This document shows, in pieces, positions 11,701 to 22,730 of a DNA stretch of 64,000 bases. The notes below the pieces were generated by a model. That model saw only the letters and a list, made by a program, of their open reading frames with translations. It made no database searches and had not been told where the DNA came from. Origin of the DNA: Azolla caroliniana (lineage: Eukaryota; Plantae; Polypodiophyta); NCBI GenBank assembly GCA_043228905.1, contig JBHGNT010000013.1, forward strand, positions 17,794,001-17,858,000, written 5' to 3'. A program made the position numbers and the translations under genes. Position 1 is the stretch's first letter. Every line of letters starts with the position of its first letter.

Positions 11701-14615
11701 TCGTCCTTGCTTCCTAGGTTCACTTCGTCGAGCTGGGATGCTTTTACCCGTTGGGAAACGGCCATTTCCCGTTCCAATGCTTCCTGTGCTTGCCGTAATT
11801 CCCGAATCGCATCTTTGTCTGGTTCGGCTTCGGTGTCGTCCCGCTGCGGCAAGTATGGGGCTACGGCTTCAGCTACGTCGATCTCGAAGAGTGGTACGAT
11901 CTTCGGGTGTTCCTCCAAGTACTGGGCTTCTTCGTCGTCTGCCAATCCTTCAAGCATGTTTACACATTCCGCATACAGCGGTGTGCATTCCTTACCGTTG
12001 CTCGTCCGTGGTTGTGTCGGTACCCGGACCTTGGCTTTTCCGCGCCGGAAGGTGATCATATTTTTCCGCCAATTTTGCTTGATGTGTGCTGTTTTCAACC
12101 ATGGTCTGCCCAGCAACAGAGGGTACGCGCCTTGCGCCTGTAGCTGCAGCACGACAGCCGAGATGTGAAATGTGTGGCCTCCTATGGTGACTTCCAATTT
12201 CCGTATTAAGCCCGTCAGCCGTACCGAACTTGTATCCGCCATCCGTAGCCAGAACGGGCATGGCTCCCATTCATGTATTCCCAAGGCATCACACGTACGG
12301 AGGCTTATTACGTTCACCCCGGAACCTCCATCGATTACTGTGCCGGGAAGTTCGTGCCCTTTGACAATAGCTGTAATCGCCGGACTACTAGTGTCCACCA
12401 CCGTCGGTCCCTCCTCCGGGTTCGAGAAGAGGACTGGTGCCGGCGGGGCTATGCCGTCTGTCATGCCCGTTTTTAGCCCTTCCGTAAATCGCGGCACGAG
12501 CTGCAAGAGTCTTCCTAACGGCAACGTGATCTGACATTCTTGCAGTGCTTGCCATGTCTCGTTTTCTGGGTGGCTACCGCCGGCACTCCCTATGGTATTT
12601 GCCTTTTGCCGTTCCGCGTCCGCGACGTTCTTTTCATTGGCTTCCTTCACCCATTCCGTCGCCTGTTTTCGTATGGCCTCTTGTGTTTCCCACTCTTTGG
12701 CCATGCCTTTCGACCGTGTGGTTACTTGCTGTACATCCGTCACTTCCGGAACCACCATATTAACTGCTGGTCGTTTCTCGTAGCTCTTTACCGGGCACTG
12801 GTTACTGTAGTGGCCTTCCTGCCTGCAGTAGTAGCAGTACTCTTTACGGGTATTGCTGGATTCAGCATTGCTGGTAGCCGGAGTTGGTCCCGTAGCGAGT
12901 GGTGCGTTCTGTGCCGGTTGGCTCCTTGGGATTCCATGTTCCGGGTCCCTAGGGTGACCACCTTTCTTGAAGTTACGTTTCTTATTATTCTTATGTTTAT
13001 TTCGGTAGTCCGGCCGTGGTGGATCGTAACATCGGCCGTAGTCCTCCTGGTGCCTTCGGTAACCAGGGGAATGGTCTCTGTCGTATTGCTCGTGTCGCCT
13101 GTTGGGCTCTCGATAACAGTCCGATCGCTCATACCGGTCGTAGTTATCACGCCGATTCCCGTACCGGCCATCATTCTCTTGCCTGTCTCCGTACCGGACA
13201 TCTTGTGCCGGTGGGTACCGGTTCCCTCTTTGCCAACGATCGTCATCTTCGTCTCGGCTGCTTCTTGGCTCGATCCGTCGGACGGGTGGTGCTTGTCGAT
13301 TTAACAGGTTGTACTCGCACCGGTCCGTTGTATGACTCTTGGATTGACAAATCACACACTGAGTGCGCATGGTGCACTCTACTGCCGAGTGTCCGGCATT
13401 CAAGCAGATTGTGCATTGAATTGCCTGCCGGAACCGGAGATCTTCCTCGGTGGGTAACGCCCGTTGTAGTGTTCCCAGCGTAAGCCATGAGCTTGTCTTT
13501 TCCATTTCTCTGACCCGGTCAATGACCTGGTCGATGGTGCATCCTCGAAAGTCGATTACCGTACACACCGTACGTAACGGTTCCCGGAGTGCGTTTAAAA
13601 ATATCGTCCGTAATTCCTCCTCCGGGGGTGCACGGGCAAGCTGGCTATGCATTCGTTGGAAACGGATGACGAATTGGGGAATGCTTTCCCCTGCCTCCTG
13701 TCGGATCGTATAAAACAGGCCCACCATTGTCGTCTGGTCGACCTCCTTGTGGAAAAAATGCAAGAATTTTGCTTTTAATTCTGCAAATGTTGTGATGGTC
13801 GCCGGGTCCTACGACCGCCGCCATCGTGTCGCTGGTCCCTCCAACGTGACTCCGAATTCCGCTATCTTCGAGCGTTCTTCTTCCTCCGGTGTCATTCGCT
13901 GGGACGTGTGATTTGCTTCCCATGTCTGCTCGAAGTCATCCACATGCGCTTCCGCATCCGGATCATCGCGGTACTTTGAGTATTGGAACGGCATGTCGTC
14001 GTCCAGTATTAAGCCGCGGTTTAGTGGCGTTTGTTGATATTTTTCCGGGTCTTTCTCCGGTTCCACTTCCGGTTCTTTTGCCGGTCCTTTTTCCGATTCT
14101 TTTTCCGGCTCTTCTTCCGGTACCTTTGCCGGCTCTTTCGTTGGTGTTGGTGGCTTTGCTTCTTCCGCTTCCGGTGTTGGTGGGTTGACGGCTTCCGTTT
14201 GCGGTTCCGGATAGCCCTGGTTGAGCTGTTCCGGTTCTGGAGTCGGCACGGTATCCGATCCGTCGTCTTCCGGGCCGCCGGGGGTATCGTTGCTGCTCCG
14301 GTAGTTCGTGTGCACGCTGTATCCCCCTTCGGAATCTGATTCGTAGGCTGAAAAGGCTTCTGCCTCGTTTTCTCCGCTTGCCAGCGCCTCCAGGAGTCGT
14401 TCGGTTTCCCGGAGACTACTTAGACTGCTTCCGTCGTCCTGGTCGCGAGTTTGCCGTAACCGGAGAGATTCCTCCGCGACTCTCCGGATCTCGTTGGAGA
14501 ACGATCGATCCGAGCGAATTTCCTGCGCTGCTTGCTGGAAAGTCTCACGCCGTCTTTGCCGTTCGGCGATGCGTCGAGCTCGGTCTGTAACCAAGTCGTG
14601 CGTTGGTCTAGTCAT
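8781..14615 (-). CDS. Gypsy Gag-Pol polyprotein, single frame with one in-frame TAG at 13809-13811
   Basis: ORFs 13809..14615 and 8781..13763 share a frame (RWRRS*DPATITTFAELKAKFLHFFHKE); 3 CCHC knuckles; protease VIDGGSGVN; RT FLDD; RH FVDASD; INT H..H..CDLC and WGLDFVGP, ending in a GPY motif. Confidence 0.93.
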
Positions 14616-14650
14616 CCATTACCGTCGTTCGCTGCGAGAAAGCAGGAATC

Positions 14651-14660
14651 GTGGTCGCCA
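14651..14660 (-). promoter_or_regulatory. Primer-binding site, probably tRNA-Arg(UCG)
   Basis: TGGCGACCAC lies 6 nt inside the 5' LTR and is complementary to a ..GTGGTCGCCA tRNA end (plant tRNA-Arg sequence recalled, not searched). Confidence 0.65.
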
Positions 14661-14666
14661 AAACTG

Positions 14667-15086
14667 TGTTATTCGCTTAGCCGGACAAGGCCTAACACAA
14701 GGTGTCACGGAGACACTTCACCAAAGGGTGATTACGGCATAGGATCAAGATTCAACGATTACACCGACTTACGTAGGTTACACGATTAGATTGCTTTGGT
14801 TAATTACACGCGTAAGATATAACAGTGATTACAGAACGGAAATCAAGACAGAAGTATAAACATCATAATCTCTATTAATTATCCGCTGTCATTACAATGG
14901 GGTCCGGGCCTTTAAATAGGTTTCCGGCCCGTAGTACAAAACGGTGCCCCTCGCACCTATTCGGGATCCGTCCGGATCTGGAACGGCATACCGTTTCCAG
15001 TCCGTCCGTCCACACTATCCTCATTTACAACCATATATAATTAATTCCTTCACTCCGTATTTTGGACTCCTTGCCGGCCGGTAACA
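14667..15086 (-). repeat. 5' LTR of the gypsy element (420 bp)
   Basis: Matches 5269-5688 except CCGG vs CCAG near the left end. Confidence 0.97.
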
Positions 15087-15091
15087 ACATG

Positions 15092-15600
15092 AATGTACCA
15101 ACTATTCCTACCATAAATGCCATGACAAGTGTAATACCCACCATTGCATACATCAAACTTCCAACAACATTGCCCATGGAACTATCCACATGTTCCTTTG
15201 CATATTCAAGTTTGGGTAGTCCTTGATCAATCGCATCACTTGGGCTAAGAGTGACATATTGAGACTCTTGATTCCATGCATGTTAATATGTTCGTGCAAC
15301 TTAGTTATGTATCACCTTGGGACATGAAAGCCTTGTTACTTTGTATCTTGAGTGATCCACGTACCTAATGGCTAAGATATGCTTTATTACTTCAAAATTC
15401 TTAATGTTGAGCCTTTGCTCATGTTTTACTTCAAATCTCAAATTTCATCATTTCACTTCCTTACAATCAACATATCATCCATATACAGGATGAGGAGAAT
15501 CGATATGTTAGTGGAACATTTCTCGGTGTATTCGAAGGGACCCTCATTGTTTTGATGAAATCATTCTTACTTCATAAGGTGAAGTTTTGGTACTACCATT
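15092..15600 (-). pseudogene. Decayed Ty1/copia RT fragment (host of the gypsy insertion)
   Basis: Minus-strand translations ILLILYMDDMLI (YVDD motif) and NVVGSLMYAMV. Confidence 0.7.
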
Positions 15601-16991
15601 GTAGGGTGCATACCCTAACTCTAGAGCAAAGATAGAAAAAGTTGAAAAATATGTTCAAGAACAAAAAGAAGAGTACACCAATGACTTTTGTAGTTTGGGC
15701 CTAGATAGGTTCAACAAATAAGAGTCCCCCAAGGCCAACCATGGTCAAACACGAGACAAAGTATCAAGTGCAATAGATGTAGAAGTTTGGGAGACATAAA
15801 AATACAAATTTGGACAATGAAGTGGATGCCACTCTCCTACAAAAAGCTTAATCCCGAAGATCACGTTATCCTTAAAAGAAGTATGTTGACATACTAAGTT
15901 AATCCTCTAGAGAAAGATGCTTCCAACATGTTTTGTCACAATTGGTAAACCTTACTCTCAAAGAAGCCTTAATCACTAAATCACAACATGGCATTCTTAG
16001 AAGGCTAAAGGGAGAATTTAGGTTAGGGTATGGGAACCCTTAGTAATATAAGCCACTTACAACAAAGATAGATATGGCAAGAACTTTCCACATGTTTTAT
16101 TTTCCTTCAAAGATTTTCTTCAGTAGTATTAAGGAAAAACACCCGAAGGCTACAACTTGAGCTTGTCTGCCCATAAGCTTACAATTTTATTTTTATTTTT
16201 ATTTTTCAAAACAAAATATACTTCCATTAGTTTTTTAAAAGGCATATTAGCTACAACATACAAAACAATTCCAACAAACATGTTTTCATATGGCATCCTC
16301 TCAGCCTCATCCACAAGCATATTCCTTTGTAAACTTTACATAATTGGGTATGTGCAGCTAAAACGAAGTCCTTAGTTAAGTCCACATTTTAAAGCAACTT
16401 CTTATAATCATCACCATTACTCCCAACATGTAAGGAATAATTAGAATCCAGCTCCCAAAGTGAGGCTTTCCCTTCCATACCTCTCAAGAAAAACAATATT
16501 ATGAGCAATAGATCCACCAGATATCCATCAGAGCATCTGTTATACTGTTGTGTGGATCAACCTTGGGAATATCTAACAAGCCCAAGGAGAACTATCCACA
16601 TGTTGACACCCTAGAAGTTGGATAGTTCAATAGATGTCTTGGCATTAGACACTGGTCCAACATAATTGCATATCATTGTCCAAATGTGTGGTTTATGTCT
16701 CTAGTCTTCACCCCATGATACATCTTAGGTACAAGTTGCTCGTCTAAACAAAACACCATGGTGCACTAGGTTGAGGTTGAGCCCAAACATCATTGAGCAC
16801 TAATCATCATAATGGAAACTTATGATTAGCCACCATTAGTGTATAGACCACACCTCTAGTAGTGTTGAAGTGAGAGGGGAATTTTCCCATCATACTCTCC
16901 CCTGATTAATGAGTAGCTTTGCATGTTGTGTGCCAACGTTTGTAATCCACCTAAGGAAGACATATATGGCAAGGACCTATTGTAGTGGAAT

Positions 16992-17562
16992 TGTTACGGG
17001 CATGACCATATAATATCTCGCGGTAAGTAATCCTTCCTTTCTTTATAATCTCAAAACCCTTACATGTTATCCTTGTGTTTACCACAAGATATTATATGGT
17101 CATGCTCATATCAGAGCTTAATCCTAATGTAAACATATGATAAGGAAATAATAGATAGATAGATAAGAGAGGAGAGAGAAAGAAGGTTGTCGATCCACCT
17201 AACCACCCCCAAGCAAAGGGATCGAAACAAACTCGAGCCTCAATCGGCGTCCCATACCACTGTCGTGGCATTGAGTTGTACTTGGTACTAGTGTGCTTGC
17301 TACAAGAGTTTGATCACCACGAGGTCAGAGTCTCGACATAGTCAATAATATGTCAAATGAGGGTAGTTAGGCCTCATATTTATAGTCAAACCTAAGGCCC
17401 CATGTAAGTTCACACTTGACCTTAATGGGTTGTCTCAATCCCAAGGATTAAAAGTAATCCTTCCCTTCTTTACACTCTCAGTTAACCTTCACATGTTATC
17501 ATCGTGTGTAAAATACTACGATATAACTTACCACGAGATATTATATGGGTATGCTCGTACCA
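16992..17562. mobile_element. Small non-autonomous LTR-derived element (TRIM-like or rearranged solo LTR) with long terminal inverted repeats
   Basis: TG..CA ends, TSD GGAAT (16987-16991, 17563-17567), about 37-bp imperfect TIRs, partial direct repeat 17025-17113 vs 17452-17562. Confidence 0.7.
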
Positions 17563-18911
17563 GGAATTCGATACAACCCATAGAGTAATACATGGACACT
17601 GCAATGAACCACTCATATTGTAGCGGGCGAGTGTGGTGGATGTCGTGTATCATATGATTACAATACCTACACTTCAACCACTCCATTTGCATGTGGTGTG
17701 TGTCCAACAATGTCCTCTTTGCTTTCCTATTAACATCCAAGCCTAATTTGGCAAGCATTGTGTCTCCATATCCTTTAAACTTGGCTAGATACCCTTAGAA
17801 TCTCATTATGTCCCCTCCCTTGACCCCAATCTAATCTATTGAATTTTTACCAATGTTCTTCACTTGGCGAGCAAACTTGTACCTAATATAACAAGACTTA
17901 GATTATTGATACATTGAAGTGTTTGGTTGCCACCCATCAACATATTCAGACACTTTCACACAAATGTGACAAAAGGTTTTATTTGATTGTCCTTGGGTCA
18001 AAGGCCATAATAAAGGAACCTGCATGGGACTTCATGAAATTGAGTAGTCTTCATAGGTGGAAAATCCCCCAACATAGAATACAAATATACCAATCCAATA
18101 TAGAGTTCTAATGACGGGGCAATGCGTACAACCTTGATCATGAAGATCCTTTCTAATCATCTTATGTGTGACTATATTTGAACACGGTTGTTTAACGCAC
18201 ATGGTCCATCGGACCTTGCACAATTATATGGTTTCATTATTTGGTTCAGCCACAATCCCTATCATATTCGAGCACAAGTATGTAACCATGAGTTTGGATA
18301 ACTTCCAAATTTTATATGATCGACCACATGATCATTATAGTTGTGTAATCAAACACATCAACCACAACAAGAATAGTATGCATTACAATTTGTTTTAACT
18401 TTGGTTTCGTTTACGTGATAAGAGTTTCAAGAGCACTTTCCAAATTAGGAAAGATTAGTTTCCAAATCAAGACCGTATGGTCTTGGATCTAAATAGACTC
18501 TTTATGCTTGAGTTGCATGAATTTGAATTATAATTGTTTGTAATTAACTCATCAAACCCCTGAAACTTTCCGTCTCTTCTTCAACAATATACTTCTTGTG
18601 TTCCTCCTCTCCCTTGTCTTTTTTGCCAGTGCAAATCTTCAGGTATATATTTACCTTTCCATGTTTGCCATTTCTTTCTCTTCTCAGCTATCCATTAAGT
18701 TCTTAAATCTGCTGTGAAAATCAAAATCCCCCCTCACGTGATAATCAAAAGAATGATATCTTTAATTTGCACCTGATATGAAAACGGTGATGATTTAACA
18801 CTTTCTCTCTGATGTTTTAATGAATTATTTGCTATGTAAATAATTTTGTAGCTAATACTGGTTGATCCAACACCAACACCACACTACCAATCAATCAATC
18901 AATCAATCACA

Positions 18912-19670
18912 ATGATAAAGGAGGGTTACATGTTGTCGATCGTCATCAGCATGATTGCGTGTTTGTCACTGTCAATTGTTCCTCTGATGCTCCATGCACA
19001 ACAAACACCATCACCATCACCATCAACACCACCAGAAATGCCAACACCATCAACACCACCAGAAATGCCATCACCACCAACACCACCATCACAACCACCT
19101 CTACCACCACCATCAACACCACCAGATATGCTCCCAACAAATGTTATCCTTGCTCTGGTGAATGCCATCAGGCGTGCGGGCCTCAACACCGCAGCACTAA
19201 TTGTAGCTTCTCTGAGAGACATCCTCACTAACACCCCCTTGACACTGTTATTGCCAGATGATCAAGGAATCGCGAACTTCGCGTCCGAACTAGCAAACTT
19301 CTCAATCAGCAACATGTCGATGCCATTGGGAAACGCCTCCATGGGAAACACGACGATGCCGTCTGGAAACCTCCCCCGGACAGTTCTCTGGAACCTCGTC
19401 CGAGCCCACATCATCATTGCCAACCTCACCCTGCAAGATTTCCGGATGCTGCCTATAGGCACGCAGCTTCCCACTTTGTTGAGGGACTTACGGTTACAAG
19501 TCGTGAACAATGCGGCCGACAACATAACGTTGAACAATGCGCAACTCATAACGTCAGACAATACTAGTGATAGCCTGTGCAAAGGTGTGCTGGATGGATC
19601 TATCATGTGTTATCATATCAATCAAGTGTTGGATGTGTTAGGGTCGGTGCTGGCAAATCCGGCAACATAA
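18912..19670 (+). CDS. Fasciclin (FAS1)-domain, Pro-rich secreted protein (FLA-like)
   Basis: Hydrophobic N-terminal signal, PSTPPEM repeats, FAS1 H1-like TLLLPDD, HII, LPTLL, ITLNNAQL and H2-like YHINQVL; intronless CDS; possible 5'UTR intron at about 18643-18851 (GT..AG). Confidence 0.85.
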   Translation: MIKEGYMLSIVISMIACLSLSIVPLMLHAQQTPSPSPSTPPEMPTPSTPPEMPSPPTPPSQPPLPPPSTPPDMLPTNVILALVNAIRRAGLNTAALIVASLRDILTNTPLTLLLPDDQGIANFASELANFSISNMSMPLGNASMGNTTMPSGNLPRTVLWNLVRAHIIIANLTLQDFRMLPIGTQLPTLLRDLRLQVVNNAADNITLNNAQLITSDNTSDSLCKGVLDGSIMCYHINQVLDVLGSVLANPAT

Positions 19671-20280
19671 GCTCCTACCAACATTTCCAAGCTCTTGCTT
19701 CCGATGTAATTACTGCTAGATAGGGTCGGAACTGAAATCATGGACAGGAATGGCATTATCTCCTACCCCGGTACCTCAGGTTTCTTTTCCGGGACCTGAT
19801 GTATCAACTAGTAATTAGGAGGGGATGGGGAAGTCGGTCCTCGAGCACCACAGCCGGAAGCCTTCTTGTTTTATGTATCTCCATCTGATAACAAATACCG
19901 AAAGCCCAATAATTCTCTGTCAAGTTATATAGTCTTCTTAACCTTCACCTCATGATCTAGATGTTCCATCATCTATCTTTATTTAGTAGTGCTGAACTTT
20001 ACATCATCAAGTTATTAGTCGTCTAAACCTTAAAACTCGCCTCATGCCCTTAGTTGTTCTCCATCATCTAATCTATCTTTTGTAGTAAAAAGCACCATGG
20101 ATTATATAATTACGCTAAATAACCCCCCTCCCCCCGTTTCTTAAAGATCCATTATTTCAAATACACCTCGTTAGATGAGTGGCAAAACAAAACTTTGCTT
20201 ATTTGTAATGACTTCTTATAAAACTTCTTATAAAAGGTTAGATATGAATATATAACATTAAAAAAGCTTATTTTGTAATT

Positions 20281-20472
20281 GTGCCTTTCCATGATTTCGG
20301 CCCAAAGTATTTTAGCGTTTGTTTTAAAGTATTTTAGCTAAAATACTTTGGGCCAAAATATATAACACTTTGTTTTTCAAGGTGGCTAAAATATATAACA
20401 CTTTGTTTGTTTTAAAGTATTTTTAGCCAAAATATATAACACTTTGTTTTTCGAGGTGCCTTTCCATGATTT
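20281..20472. repeat. Patchwork of short direct and inverted repeats
   Basis: GTGCCTTTCCATGATTT at both ends; repeated AAAGTATTTTAGC and AAAATATATAACACTTTG units inside, in both orientations. Confidence 0.7.
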
Positions 20473-20917
20473 TCAGCTACATGATTCATGCATCTTTGTA
20501 ATCTTGGCTTACATAAAACATCAGAAAGCATGGATTTATGAAGATTTGTCTGTCATTTGTGCCATTTGATCAACTAGCTATTGAAAGTGAACATATGGGT
20601 GGAGGGTTGGGACAAAACAATGAAAATGAATATCCCGTCGGAAATGAGACCAAGGTAAATGGGTAGGCGTGAGGAATTCAATTTCCGAAAAAGCTATAAA
20701 TAGATAAATATTACCAAATATATTTTGGTGCGATGAGGGGGCATAACTTGAGGCGAAATTCTTATCGTTCTTATGTTCAGGAAAAATTCTCAATAACCAT
20801 CTGTAATGCTCTGAACCACATTTTTGACATATCTAGGGCACATAATATATATATGGCATTGATCTATGATGAATCAAGATTCTTTGGAAATGAAAGTACC
20901 AACCAGTATGATGTACA

Positions 20918-21142
20918 CTTATAGTTGTGACTTGAACACACCCATTATGGAGAGGATGTTGACAGGATATCATGACGCATAATGCCTGACTCCAATCATC
21001 ATATGAAGCAATCAACCCACACATATTTTTCGAAATGGAAATAATACTAACTATAGTTGACTTGAACATACCCATTATGGAGAGAGGATGTTGACAGGAT
21101 ATCATCAGGCAAATGCCCAACTCCAATCATCATATGAAGCAA
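20918..21142. repeat. Local ~90-bp direct duplication
   Basis: ACTTGAACA.ACCCATTATGGAGAG...CTCCAATCATCATATGAAGCAA at about 20918-21011 and 21050-21142. Confidence 0.8.
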
Positions 21143-21757
21143 CAATTATTGACATCTTTCTCAACATATAATTCATACAATTTGTCAAAAGAGACAAAAT
21201 ATTCAGTGTTAGAAATCCTCTTATTGGCGTTAACAAAGTTTATATTAGAAAAGTATTGATATTTATGTACATATATAATGGTGCCAAGATTGGCGAAGCC
21301 GCCAACCATGCCTACACACTTTTTGCCTAATGGACCAAACACGGTCCTACATGCTTTTTGTATATAATGTACCATACTCACATCTACCTTAATCCGAATT
21401 GGCAACAAGAAAAGGGCATTTCTTCATTAGTGAAGGTGTAGAGAACATAGCCTTAGGGCCACGCCTACACAATCGACAAACACACATAAATAAAGAATAC
21501 ATATATGTAGTCAAAGTGCACACGCATATAAAAAGAATACATATATATATATATATGGTGGACATACACACAATTCTCCTTGGTTTTTAGGAGCCCCATA
21601 GAGGAAAGTTTCTCTATCTCTATATCTATCTCTATATATAGATATTATGCGAGAGAGAAAGAATATAAAATTAGGTGAGTAGGTTTTCTTTAATGTCTGT
21701 ATTGAAATGATTGGATGCCTTATATCCACGGGGGGAACACCACCAATACGGTCATCA

Positions 21758-22730
21758 TCATTGTTTCGAAATGATTGAATGCTTTGCCATGACAGTAAGG
21801 ATATCCAAGAAGGTGACAACACCAATGAGGTGATCATCATCTCCAAGAACCCAAACATGGTCTTCTCGATGAGCAAGGCATTGCAAGATGACTGCAATTA
21901 GTGAGCTTTTCGGGTTGCAAAACAAAGGTCCACCAAAAGGTCTCTTCATACTCCCCTTGAACTTTGCAATGTGAAAGCTCCCTTTACCTCTACCATGCTC
22001 ATCGTCCGATGAAGAATTACCCGATGACGACAACTCATCCCTAGTGTCAAGGTCTTTAAGCATTCTGTTAACATCATTGAGCATCCAGAGAGGTGGTTGC
22101 ATATGCCAGCTTCCATGGTTATCTGAGAGCTTTTGACACACTCTCATTTTTATGGTCTCAACCATAGTATCAGGTGGATTGTTGCAGACTTGTGTATAGA
22201 CTAGAAACTCGCCTGCTGAAAGTGTAGCCAACGCAAGAGCTGCGACCTCATTGCAGATCTGCATGCTAGAGCAAGATATCTCGCCCACTAGTGTAATGAT
22301 TTCTTCATCTGGCTTTTGGCCACATCCATTATTACTATTATTATTCACCACAGCCACTGGCAACATGCCATGGCATGCCGCTTTGATCATTTCCAGAACC
22401 GACGATGCATCATCATCAACCTCTATCATTTCAACATCGGTTCTGATCACTCCGAGCTCGGATACACTCATTGAAGGAAGAGGAGAGAAAACACTGATTG
22501 AACCAAGCAAAAATCGAAGCATATCTTCTTGAGTTAGCCAACAATACTCTTGGCCATTGTGACTCATGGGTGATGGAGGAAAATGTGCGGAATCCAGAGA
22601 ATTTGATCTAGCCCCAAGAACTGGCTTGTTTGACCCCATCAAATGTTTTCTGAGCCTTGAACTCTCTCTGGGTACAGGCACCACAAGGTTCTGAACACCT
22701 CCCACCATAAGATCCAGCGCCTCTAGCAAG
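21758..22730 (-). CDS. CBS-domain protein (CBSX5-like), exon 2
   Basis: Acceptor ttacAG|C at 22731; LLEALDLMVGGVQNLVVPV, YCWLTQEDMLRFLL, SSLIAVILQCLAHR..VWV..LIGVVTFLDIL; stop at 21758-21760. Confidence 0.92.

Larger units (their letters stand above)
5269..15086 (-). mobile_element. Full-length young Ty3/gypsy non-chromovirus (Athila/Phygy/Selgy-like) LTR retrotransposon with an extra ORF
   Basis: 420-bp TG..CA LTRs at 5269-5688 and 14667-15086 with 1 mismatch by eye; TSD ACATG at 5264-5268 and 15087-15091; domain order gag-PR-RT-RH-INT; no chromodomain or additional RNase H seen. Confidence 0.97.

Noticed and set aside
5664-14789. Numerous + strand ORFs within the gypsy, and - strand ORFs within the copia
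   Set aside because: Antisense or alternative-frame shadows of GC-rich coding sequence with no recognisable motifs.
5269-15086. Element actually oriented on the + strand (PBS at 5691)
   Set aside because: All ORFs, the LTR TATA box and a PBS-like TGGCGACCAC at the other LTR point to minus-strand sense; no PPT precedes 14667 on the + strand either.
17570-18400. Short ORFs suggesting a gene or transposase
   Set aside because: No recognisable motif; probably very old TE debris that I cannot classify.
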